Assembly (NCBI GenBank): GCA_040285745.1 | Contig: JAUFOR010000005.1 | Span: forward strand, 620,001 to 684,000 | Direction of reading: 5' to 3' | Source of the DNA: Barthelona sp. PCE | Lineage: Eukaryota | Length of the DNA stretch: 64,000 bases | Shown here: piece after piece, positions 20,050-29,288 of the stretch | Position numbering within the stretch: the first letter of the stretch is position 1 | Layout: each line of letters opens with the position of its first letter | Translations under genes and position numbers: made by a program | Notes under the pieces: model-generated | What the model was told of the DNA's origin: nothing | Seen by the model: the letters and a program-made list of their open reading frames with translations, nothing else | Database searches by the model: none

Positions 20050-21684
20050 CTAATTCTCTTCTTCCTTGGCATCAATCTCACCACGTTCCTCCTTCTCGCC
20101 AGGCATGTTTGTGTTGGCAGCAGTTCTTTTCTTCTGATACTGAGCTTCGAAAGCTTCATTCAAAGCCTCATCTTCCATGGCATCTTCATCGTCTAGATCA
20201 ATCTGGAAGTCCTCATCCTCAGAGTCGCTCTCCTCGTTCTCATCCGCAATGATCTGTTGCTTCAAAGTCTCTTCAGGATTGGACACTGTGATTCGGTTGT
20301 TCTCAAACGCTGCTTGTATCGCGTCTGCCATGCTCTTGTCAATACCTGTGAACTCATAGTCCTCGTCTGCATGCACCAACATGTCAAAGTTCGACGTAGT
20401 GCCCATGCGCAGAAACTCGACCGACTCAATCTTGCTGAACGCTATGTAGAGGGGGTAGGGCTTGAAGAGGTACAGACACGCCTGCTCCATGATGAACAGC
20501 TGGCCCTGGTTGGCCTTGAGCGTGAGTTCGATACCGTGGTAGAACTGGGAAGGATCAAAACCGGGTAACGAATAACTCTTGTGCACCTTCTTCTTAGCAA
20601 GACCCTGTACGATCGAGCAGAAGGCATCAGAGCGCACGATGTTTGCGTACTCTGGTTTGAGGAGCGTATACTTGGATTGACATTCTTCCTCAGTCAAGTT
20701 CAGTTTGTAAGTGTTGTTCTCGGTGAGGTCACCGTCACTGAACTGGAAGATGAGCCAGTTATAGTTGGTCTTACCCTGGCGCAGTTCACGACGAAGCGAG
20801 ATACAGAAGTACGCCTTCCTCTCTTGACGACAAAGGAAAAGAGCACCAATTTGATTCCATGGCAAACGGAAGGACTGTGTTGCGGTCGTCAGGCGGATGT
20901 AGTCGGGGTACAGCTGGCAGTCATAGTTCGCACGGGGCATAAGACATTTGATCTTTTCGAACCTGCACAGAATGTTTGAAGATGTACCAGTCAGATCTGT
21001 TGTATTCAATAGGTACTCCGCAAAGTCGGCTGCATGGTTCTTCTTGCGCTCTGGGATGGCCATTTCCTTCTCAGCAGCGAGGTCAGCAACGAAATTGTGG
21101 AAGACTTGGATGTTATCTTCGGTGGGTATATGCATTCGCATTGAACTTAAAAGATCACCTTTGAAACCACGCTCTTCCTGCTCCTGGATATCGAACTGGA
21201 TGTCAACGTCCTGCCCACTGGGCTTAATTGAGTTAACAAAAGTCATTGGAACAGAGAAGTAATTCTTCAAAGCTTCAGCAGAAACAAAATGCCAACCAGC
21301 ACCGTCTACAGCAACACGACCGTAGTTGCAGCCGTCAAAGCACATTTCAAACGCAACAACGGGAATTTGGATCCTTGTGTTTTCTTGCTCATGATAAAAA
21401 TACTTGGCGGCGAATTTCTTGAATGCATCAACATTTTCTTCGGTTAAACCGTCGAAGATAAGAAGCTCTTCGTCTTTCATTGATACACGAATTCTATATT
21501 TCATGTTAAAGAGTTGCCCCACTGAAAACTCTACAACTTCTCCGATATCATAGAGTTGTGCCTCTGTGTGATTGCGAGATTTGAACCCAAATGCTTCTGG
21601 GGTGAACTTCAGAACTCCAAGGGGAAGCTTGATTGAGTGGGAGAATGAAATACTTTTAAAAATGATGCTAGCGCTTTCTTCCAT
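20050..21684 (-). CDS. SSRP1: FACT complex subunit SSRP1/Pob3 (no HMG box, acidic tail)
   Basis: Divergent matches to family motifs: GCNYG (GWNWG), MPRANYD (TPRGRYD), LRQGKTNYNWLIFQF (IKQGQTRY), KANQGQLFIME..LYLFKP, VEFLR..NFD, YEFTGIDK, acidic tail ESDSEDEDF. Confidence 0.92.
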   Translation of the reverse strand: MEESASIIFKSISFSHSIKLPLGVLKFTPEAFGFKSRNHTEAQLYDIGEVVEFSVGQLFNMKYRIRVSMKDEELLIFDGLTEENVDAFKKFAAKYFYHEQENTRIQIPVVAFEMCFDGCNYGRVAVDGAGWHFVSAEALKNYFSVPMTFVNSIKPSGQDVDIQFDIQEQEERGFKGDLLSSMRMHIPTEDNIQVFHNFVADLAAEKEMAIPERKKNHAADFAEYLLNTTDLTGTSSNILCRFEKIKCLMPRANYDCQLYPDYIRLTTATQSFRLPWNQIGALFLCRQERKAYFCISLRRELRQGKTNYNWLIFQFSDGDLTENNTYKLNLTEEECQSKYTLLKPEYANIVRSDAFCSIVQGLAKKKVHKSYSLPGFDPSQFYHGIELTLKANQGQLFIMEQACLYLFKPYPLYIAFSKIESVEFLRMGTTSNFDMLVHADEDYEFTGIDKSMADAIQAAFENNRITVSNPEETLKQQIIADENEESDSEDEDFQIDLDDEDAMEDEALNEAFEAQYQKKRTAANTNMPGEKEERGEIDAKEEEN

Positions 21685-22505
21685 ACTATGTGATGATTTA
21701 ACAACCGTAGAAAGGTGTTAGGAAGAATGAAGAAGGGGAAAAATTACAGTAGCAAGGATTTTCTAAAGCTTTCGAATCTGAGAAGAATGTGTAACATATT
21801 TTACTTTGGAGTGGCAAGTATTAAAGATTTAAACATTGGATATCGATATTTATGTTGTAAACATGTTTCAGAAAAGGAGAAAACTGTTTACCTGCATAAA
21901 ATTTTGCCAGTGTACACAGTTTATTCCAATGTGCATTGTACTGTTGTATGACTTATTTACAATATTTGGTTATTTGGCTTAGAAAAAAATCTTAATTGTG
22001 GCTGTGAAAACAGCAAAAGTATTTACTAAAAGTTTATACAAATTAATATCAAGTTAGAAAACAAAAATTGGCCCAGATGTATTTCATTGGTACATAAAAA
22101 ATAAGCCCTATGTGATATAATGATGATAATTCTTTTAGAGCTTTCTTCAATCCTTCATGAAGTAATAATCCTTCAAACAACTTCTATAACAGCTATCTAT
22201 CGTTTCTTTACGTGCAAAACTTATATATAATGTTGCAAACGAACTAAAACATGAATTGTTGACAAGATCAAATAGTACAGCATAAACAGCAAATCAGGGG
22301 CACAAGGTAGCCAGAAATACCCCGATCACTGATCATAAATAGATATTTGAAAATGGTATGATGGTGAAAAAATGTATTACACTCTCTCCAACAATTTTGT
22401 CACTTTCTAAAGGACAAAGTAGGCTTAAAACGGTAGCTAAAAGTGGATCACGACAATAAAATATCCCCAATGTCTCCTTTTGCTTTATTTTCCTGTTTCT
22501 TATCA

Positions 22506-22826
22506 ATGGTTCGTGTTACACTCCGCAGACGCACATCCTACAACACCAAGTCCCAAAAGACCCGCGTTGTTAAGACCCCTGGAGGTCGTTTGGTCACCCG
22601 TTATCTTAAGAAGAAGACTTCTGCTCCCAGATGTGGATTTTGCTCTTCTAAGCTTCAAGGTATCCCCAGAGTTCACCCCAAGGAGATGCACCGTCTTTCT
22701 AAGAACCAACGTACCGTTTCCCGTGCTTACGGTGGAAATCTTTGCCACAAGTGCGTCAGAGACCGTGTTCTTCGTGCCTTCCTTGCTGAGGAGCGTCAGG
22801 CCGTCAAGAAGTCCATGAAGGAATAG
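22506..22826 (+). CDS. RPL34: 60S ribosomal protein L34 (eL34)
   Basis: MVRVTLRRRTSYNTKSQKTRVVKTPGGRLV...CGFC...VSRAYGGNLCHKCVRDRVLRAFLAEE. Start is the ATG at 22506; intronless; AATAAA at 22849-22854. Confidence 0.97.
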   Translation: MVRVTLRRRTSYNTKSQKTRVVKTPGGRLVTRYLKKKTSAPRCGFCSSKLQGIPRVHPKEMHRLSKNQRTVSRAYGGNLCHKCVRDRVLRAFLAEERQAVKKSMKE

Positions 22827-23092
22827 TCACATTCTTGTCAAGAACCAGAATAAAATGGGATTACCTATTCCCTTTATTGTTTTGTCTTTTTTTGCATAGC
22901 AGTGCGTTAAGTGCTGTTGAATTCATAAAATTTCGGTGATGAATACTTGAACAAAGGTTTTTTGTGAATTAACCTGTTCAATGTTTTCAATACTTAGAGC
23001 AGATTTAATTTGTATTTATTGGTGTGAAATGTGGTCATTAATGGTCTTCGCACGTCTTACATTTGGATTTACATACAATAGGAGAAAATCAT

Positions 23093-26000
23093 TTAATTTT
23101 GGACTATTCTCAAAATTTCCACTTTCATGCGCCTTGTAGAGCCAGGCACGCGTAGCACATGCTCTGCCAACCCAACCGAAACGCCTAACAAAGCACTGGG
23201 CTGCAAAACAACAGAAATATCGTGGACACTCCTATAGTCGCCAAATAGCCACTCAGCAACCTTCTTGATACATTCACCGGTCATATCGGCCAGCATGGCT
23301 TCCAATTGTTCCCTTATATCCGCAGAAACAGCATCATCGTATTTCAAACAATCGCAAACAGTTGCAGCTGAGATGGAAGGCTCGCAACACACAATATTTT
23401 TAACGTCGTGGAAGGACATCCCGGTGAGATGGGCAGCAGCGAAGTCAGTGGCGTGAAATGCTTGGTGCAAACGAGCGGATAACTCAAGATTTGCGTTTTC
23501 TTTGAAGAAGCTCTCAACAACACTATGATCCATTTCGATGTTCATAGATGCGTATATCGAGGGGTACACACGCGAAAATACATCTTCACTTAGCAATTCG
23601 CTGTGGTCGTTGCTTATCGCGTTGAGCAGAAAATTACCAATTTGTGAATCATCAACCGGAACACCGAAAATCAGACAGCTGTACACGAAACCGACAAGGG
23701 CAAGAGCGCTGGCCTCACAAAATGCAGGAAGCAGCGTATTGCTCTGGATGTAGTCAGCAAAGCACTCGAACGACATCTCATCACCATCGGTCTTCAAGCT
23801 GACGCCAAAGAACTCATCAGAGTCCATGAACGACGTGAAATCCCCAAACACACGAATGAAGAACGCATCAAGCGGTTCATCAGATCTCTGCTCATATGCA
23901 ATTGGCGACAGATCCTGCTTTGAAAGAGCGTGCCTGATGATATTGTCTCGCAGACCGCCACCGCCGCTGGTTTTCCACTCGTGGAGTGCGAGCTCAAAGA
24001 TGGACGGGCGGTCCTGTGGCAGTAATGTGATGCATCTGTTGAACAGATCTGAGTGGGTTGTGTTGCTGCCAAACAGGTAGAGCAGAGTCTTTCCCAGGGC
24101 GAACACATCACTCATTGTGGTGTGCGGCTGACCATCACTGAGCACCTCAGGGGCGACGAAGCCCACAGTACCAACCATGGTTGTACCCAACAAAGTCTGG
24201 GCGGTGTCCACGCTCACCCCAAAGTCGCACAGCTTGACGGTGGGGTTGCTGCCGTCGTCGTCGCAGAACACGAGAACGTTCTGGGGTTTGAGATCGCGCA
24301 GCAGGATACCGTTGGCATGAACGAAAAATACGCACTGTACAAGCTGGTGTGCCAAAGAGTTACGTGTCTCTGAACTGATATCCGGGAAGCGCGCGACGTA
24401 ATCAAACAGATCAAATGGGGCACGCTCAAGCTCCAGGCATACAAAATCCACATACAGCTCATTTTCCTCGAGCGACGCTACGAACACAACGTTCTTGAGA
24501 GATACGATACATGGGCTTGTCTTTGTTAGGACGCGCAGTTCCTTGCGCAGTGTTTTGATGTTAAGTTCATAATCGCCCTCGTATTCGTCGCTGACGCAGA
24601 AGCACTTCAGGAGCTTGTCATCCCTCTTAACGATACAGTTATCCAGCGGCATGTGCTCGAATTCACCGTTGAGATATAAAGCAGAGCTGATCACGGTTGG
24701 CGGGAAAGGGAACGCGATGTTGTCGAGGTGCAGCTTCTCCAGCAGGGACTCGCAGTTGACGGAGAGCGAGACATCGTACCGCAACTGGTCCAGCTGGCTC
24801 CGAAGAGAGCTGAGCTCAGCACCGAGCGCCGCTTTAGCGTTGGTGAAACGATCATCAACAACTCGTTGCAGTCTGAGCATGTAGCGCTTCAATCGGGATT
24901 CCAATGAGTTGAGCTTGTTTATGTCGACGGGCGTGTCCAGCTTCTTTCTCTTGCGGCGGCGCTTCTTCTGCTGCGCCAGTTGCACCTCCTTGAACTGCTC
25001 CATTTGCTGAAGAAGTGCGGTGCATGACTCGGTGAGGGGAGCGAGTGCGCTTGTGATATCGGTCAGTAGAAGGCACTGGCTGAACGCAATGAACAGATCG
25101 GAAGCAGCGCACTTATCCATGAACTTAAAGTGTTCGTCGTATTTGCTGACTTCATCTTGCATTGTCAGGAACGTGTCCTCGCTCAGAACACCTGCCAGCG
25201 GGTACTGGTCAACAATAGCTTGGAAGCGCTGCTTGACCGTTTCTGAGAGCGACGAATTGAATTTGTGAGAACGTTTAACAGCCTTCATGTTGGTGTAAAA
25301 TATTATGCACTCGTTCAGACCGTCTGCCAGTTTCTGCATTCCATCCGGCGCAATATTAGCCGACAGGTCGTGGATTGCAGTGTAAGACGGCAATGTAATC
25401 AGCGAAAGTGTGACACAGCACTTACTGATGTAGATGCGCAGTTTCTCGACATCAGAAGCGCCCGAGTCTGCTACAACGGTGGCAAGGGTTGTGAGGGCAG
25501 TGTTGAGCTTCATATTCGTGATCGCTTGTTCCTCAGCGTGTTTCTGCTGCATCGATGTTATTTGCTCGTCGTACAAGTTTTTCATTGATGATATTTGTTC
25601 ATCATTCTGCTGTTTCATCGCAGTGATTTGCTCTCTGAACATAGCTTCCATTTCAACAATCTTAGAGTTAACAAGAACATCCATTGCTGCAAGGCGGTTG
25701 GACATGGTTACAATTGAAAGATCAGTGGTACACAGCGCATGCTCTCCCTTTCCATCAGGTTGCCAGTTATAAAGATATCTGCCTCCGGTATTTGTTGTTA
25801 TTTTAAATACAATAGGGTCAACTTGGTTTAGTATGACATCGGAAATACTACTATCGAGGAAAGGCAACGATGCATTGAATACAGAACCATTGGAATCAAT
25901 ACAAACACATGAATTATCATAGAAAACAAATAAATGATCATTGTACTTTATACAATCGCTTATTGAATTAAATTTCAAACGTAATATGAGATCTTCGCCG

Positions 26001-26971
26001 TTAAATACACAGAAAAAGTCAGAAAACCGAACATATCTCACCGATTCACAACCAGATGCATCGTAGATCGGGAATTCCTGCAAAAGTTGTTTAAGCAATT
26101 CGGATTCAGGCGGTGTGAATACAACAGCACCAGTTTCTATGTCCCATACACCGTCTGATACAATGAACCTCTCATTGGGCGATATTTTAATGTAGTTAGT
26201 GCTTTTTTTAGCATTAGAAATTGTGTATAGAGGGGAAATGATAATTTCTTGACTACCCTTTCGAAATAAAACAATTGAGTGACCTTCAGTGGTTGTTACA
26301 TAGTTAGCTGATGCAAATGTACAATTTAAATTCACTACACTATTCACCATGTATTCTTTAACCTTTGATGTGTCAAAGTTTAAATGCTGCAAACAATATC
26401 TCCTATTTTTCTCATCGTAAAAAGAAGCAAATGCATAATTATCTCCAATTCTGTGTTGGGAGAAATTAACTCTATAATTGTGTGGAAAACTAACTTTAAA
26501 GTCTTCTGAAACAACAAGTCTCTCTAGAATATTATCCCTCATAATCAAAAATTGATTCTTCCACAGTGCATCAATCTTAGTTATTGTGCAATACGTAGCA
26601 TGATTATAACTTCTTGTTTTCACTTTTTTTTCACAAAAAATTAATCTATTCTTAGTTCTACTCCAAATTTTTAATGTTTGCTTATCTGTATGCACAAAAC
26701 ATAGCAAGTCACCATCGCCAGAAACAGAACAAAACCCTGCATTTCTCTCGCTAACATGTGCTAACTCATCACCGCTCTCAGCTGATAATACGAACATGTT
26801 GGTTTCATCGGTACAGCATGCGATATACAATTGATTATGTGATAAACTGGCGTAACAAACAGGATCATCCAACTCAATTACTCTGACGATATCTTCGCCC
26901 AGTGTGTTATCTTCGAAAAAAGCAGTACGGATAAGCTCAATCTTCCCCTCTACAACGCGTATTTGAAGCAT
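23093..26971 (-). CDS. Multidomain beta-propeller/coiled-coil/protein kinase/degenerate HECT-like protein (paralog 2)
   Basis: HANGILLRDLKPQNVL, VKLCDFG, GTVGFVAPE, SDVFALG, DRPS. Shares blocks with 8478-12326 (QYP(L/V)AGVL, KC.CVSD, ELR.LTK, FVCLELE, ETR.SLAHQLV, DD.QIG.FLLNA.S). KKRRRKRKK NLS-like run. Confidence 0.82.
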   Translation of the reverse strand: MLQIRVVEGKIELIRTAFFEDNTLGEDIVRVIELDDPVCYASLSHNQLYIACCTDETNMFVLSAESGDELAHVSERNAGFCSVSGDGDLLCFVHTDKQTLKIWSRTKNRLIFCEKKVKTRSYNHATYCTITKIDALWKNQFLIMRDNILERLVVSEDFKVSFPHNYRVNFSQHRIGDNYAFASFYDEKNRRYCLQHLNFDTSKVKEYMVNSVVNLNCTFASANYVTTTEGHSIVLFRKGSQEIIISPLYTISNAKKSTNYIKISPNERFIVSDGVWDIETGAVVFTPPESELLKQLLQEFPIYDASGCESVRYVRFSDFFCVFNGEDLILRLKFNSISDCIKYNDHLFVFYDNSCVCIDSNGSVFNASLPFLDSSISDVILNQVDPIVFKITTNTGGRYLYNWQPDGKGEHALCTTDLSIVTMSNRLAAMDVLVNSKIVEMEAMFREQITAMKQQNDEQISSMKNLYDEQITSMQQKHAEEQAITNMKLNTALTTLATVVADSGASDVEKLRIYISKCCVTLSLITLPSYTAIHDLSANIAPDGMQKLADGLNECIIFYTNMKAVKRSHKFNSSLSETVKQRFQAIVDQYPLAGVLSEDTFLTMQDEVSKYDEHFKFMDKCAASDLFIAFSQCLLLTDITSALAPLTESCTALLQQMEQFKEVQLAQQKKRRRKRKKLDTPVDINKLNSLESRLKRYMLRLQRVVDDRFTNAKAALGAELSSLRSQLDQLRYDVSLSVNCESLLEKLHLDNIAFPFPPTVISSALYLNGEFEHMPLDNCIVKRDDKLLKCFCVSDEYEGDYELNIKTLRKELRVLTKTSPCIVSLKNVVFVASLEENELYVDFVCLELERAPFDLFDYVARFPDISSETRNSLAHQLVQCVFFVHANGILLRDLKPQNVLVFCDDDGSNPTVKLCDFGVSVDTAQTLLGTTMVGTVGFVAPEVLSDGQPHTTMSDVFALGKTLLYLFGSNTTHSDLFNRCITLLPQDRPSIFELALHEWKTSGGGGLRDNIIRHALSKQDLSPIAYEQRSDEPLDAFFIRVFGDFTSFMDSDEFFGVSLKTDGDEMSFECFADYIQSNTLLPAFCEASALALVGFVYSCLIFGVPVDDSQIGNFLLNAISNDHSELLSEDVFSRVYPSIYASMNIEMDHSVVESFFKENANLELSARLHQAFHATDFAAAHLTGMSFHDVKNIVCCEPSISAATVCDCLKYDDAVSADIREQLEAMLADMTGECIKKVAEWLFGDYRSVHDISVVLQPSALLGVSVGLAEHVLRVPGSTRRMKVEILRIVQN

Positions 26972-27649
26972 TTCGAAACAAAGACAATTGGTTCAAAAAG
27001 GAGAAAATAGGTAAAACGCTTAAAATGTAGATTTCACTAATATATCGCGTGAGTGGTGGTGATTTACCGTCAAACAGAACCACTGAACACAAACATTGAT
27101 CGTAAATCATACTATATTGCAACTTACAATTCAGTTTTGCAATGCCGCGATACAAGCAAGCCCTTCGTTTGTAACACTATTTCAGACACATGGATACATC
27201 AAAACACCTCTGCTTATGGTGCAAAATTTGTGAGATAGCTCCTATCTCAGCACTCTTCAATTCAGCCACAAACACTTATACAATGTGCATCTGTAACACA
27301 ATAGACGAACTTAACCGGCCCTAAAATGCTGACCCTAGTTCAAAAAATGCCATATAAGGTGTAGAAAATTGTTTACATCTTTCGCAGTCTTTACATCCAT
27401 ATCAGTCATGTGCAACATCTTAAACTTCATATATTTTACCATCTTTGTGTAAGATATGTGCCTAATCATTAGTACTATACAATGATCCTTTTTTGATAAA
27501 TGTTTTTGATGAGGCAATTAATATCCAATATGGGAATAGTTTAAATCAAAATTCAAGGTATACTTCGTATCAAGCAGATTCACTATTCCTTCTGCCTGTT
27601 ATTAGTATTTCAACTTTTTATGGAAAGAAAACATTTGTTTCTGTAGAAA

Positions 27650-28600
27650 ATGGACTACGGCAGCATCGGAGGGGCAGATGTGAAACCATGTGACACTAAC
27701 TCTCGCATTTTATTTTTCGTTAAGACAGTTTTTGACATTTCTGTAAGCATTGCGACGTATTACAGCATTTATTTGAGCTTGGTACAGGGAAAATCTTTTC
27801 GTAGTACGAATAACTTGTTCAGTTCAGTCTTATTGAGCATATTTCTCGCTCTTCCACTTGTTCTGGGTGCTTTCAAATGGTTAAGAACGGAAGTCGTGGT
27901 GGGGCACATGGGTCTGACGGCGTCAGCCATCCTCGATATTGCTCTGTTGGCGGTATTACTGACCTGTTGCGTGTTTGGCAGTAACAAAAGTGTCTTGCTT
28001 ACCACGCTGGTATTAGTCCTGCTCAGCAAATGCGTGATGCCATCAACCAGGTACTCTTGGTGGAGCATGTCCCTACATGAAGGCAGGGATCTCATTGCTA
28101 GACTCAAAAGCGAGAAGCCCATCTTAAAGCACGGTTTTTACCAGTCAGTATCCCGATTCAATACAGTTGAGGAGTTCACCATTGATTCTATCGTGGACCA
28201 CACAGAGGACTGCGATATTCCAACCAGTTCACCAATGTATTTACTGCAAGTTGGAACCAGTTTTAGTCCTGGTGATAAGTTCACAGAGGATCTTGAGGAG
28301 TATTTCCTCAGAAAGAGCGAGCGGGAGTATACCGGGGGAAAGGTGCAGATGAAGTGGGGTGTGCAGCAATCTCTTCCATCGCTTGAGAAAGTCAAGAAGT
28401 TTTTAATTGTGATTTCTCAGAAGAGTACCGGGTTTGTCGGTATTAAATGGTGCATCATGCTACTTCTGGCGCCATGTCAGCTGTGGTACACGTTCCGGAT
28501 CTCGTGTACCGCAGGTGTGCTAAAACTGAAAATGATTAAAAAGTACTACTGTCATGAAGACGGTCCTAAATCAGTTGAGCGCTATTACCATTACAACTAA
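27650..28600 (+). CDS. Multi-pass membrane protein, possibly divergent TMEM151 family
   Basis: Four N-terminal hydrophobic helices, a soluble beta-rich middle (LIARLKSEKP, EEFTIDSIVDHT, LLQVGTSFSPGD) and a C-terminal hydrophobic segment. The resemblance to TMEM151 is from memory only. Confidence 0.45.
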   Translation: MDYGSIGGADVKPCDTNSRILFFVKTVFDISVSIATYYSIYLSLVQGKSFRSTNNLFSSVLLSIFLALPLVLGAFKWLRTEVVVGHMGLTASAILDIALLAVLLTCCVFGSNKSVLLTTLVLVLLSKCVMPSTRYSWWSMSLHEGRDLIARLKSEKPILKHGFYQSVSRFNTVEEFTIDSIVDHTEDCDIPTSSPMYLLQVGTSFSPGDKFTEDLEEYFLRKSEREYTGGKVQMKWGVQQSLPSLEKVKKFLIVISQKSTGFVGIKWCIMLLLAPCQLWYTFRISCTAGVLKLKMIKKYYCHEDGPKSVERYYHYN

Positions 28601-29288
28601 CTTTATGTGGAAGTATGTATTGTTTATAATGTTATTAAACAGGAATCACGAATTTACTAATAGAAAAGTAACAAAAGGCGACTACTCAGAAACTTTGTTT
28701 ATGTACCCGAAAATAGACTGAGTACGCAGCTTGTTGAACGTGTACATTGGTCATGAAAAAGCTTAGAAAGAGGATATTCGGTTAAGCAGTGCAGTATGCG
28801 TATCGATATGCAGGTGGTGCCGCACAAGTTTCAATCAGAGAAATGAACTAATTTACAGAATAAAACTCATTGTTCAAAGAGTATATGCAGAAAATATTGA
28901 ATCTTTGCAAAGTATAGTGATTTAGGGATATAAAATGCATCCACAGGTTTCAACATCAGTACAATTGCGAATAAAGCTAAAGTTTGTTTCTCAGATTTCG
29001 TTGTGAAATTCTTTCTTTACTTCGATTGTATGAGCGATTGCACTTGTTAAATATCTTATACAGAGGGCTTTCTGTGGGGTTTATCTTTGAATGTGGGTCA
29101 TATGCGCTTGCATCTGGGCTATATGACGAATTATAATTTTATAACTGCGTATATTCGGATTTAGTATATTTTGCAGTGCCCATACATTTTATAATATCCT
29201 AAAATGCGCACTTACTTGTTTAAATTAAGTGGAATGATGATTTATGATGTTTTTGATTTGATCATCTTTTTCAAGCTTTGTTTTTGTA

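Noticed and set aside
21685-22505. ~820-bp AT-rich spacer between the divergent SSRP1 and RPL34 genes, with a 78-aa ORF
   Set aside because: No recognisable protein, RNA gene or repeat; treated as promoter/intergenic sequence.
22921-22981. GTGATGA (box C-like) plus an imperfect hairpin (TTGAACAAAGGTT / AACCTGTTCAA) downstream of RPL34
   Set aside because: No CTGA box D at a suitable distance; the AT-rich stem could be chance. Not enough to call a snoRNA.
27300-27600. Minus-strand frame with HKDGKIYEV*...YGCKDCERCKQFSTP, faintly like a SWIM-finger or transposase remnant
   Set aside because: Multiple stops, no CxH ligand, and no terminal repeats or target-site duplication seen.
28601-29288. 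~690-bp spacer with a short inverted repeat (TACTCAG...CTGAGTA) and broken reading frames
   Set aside because: The 7-bp arms are expected by chance and no family is recognisable.
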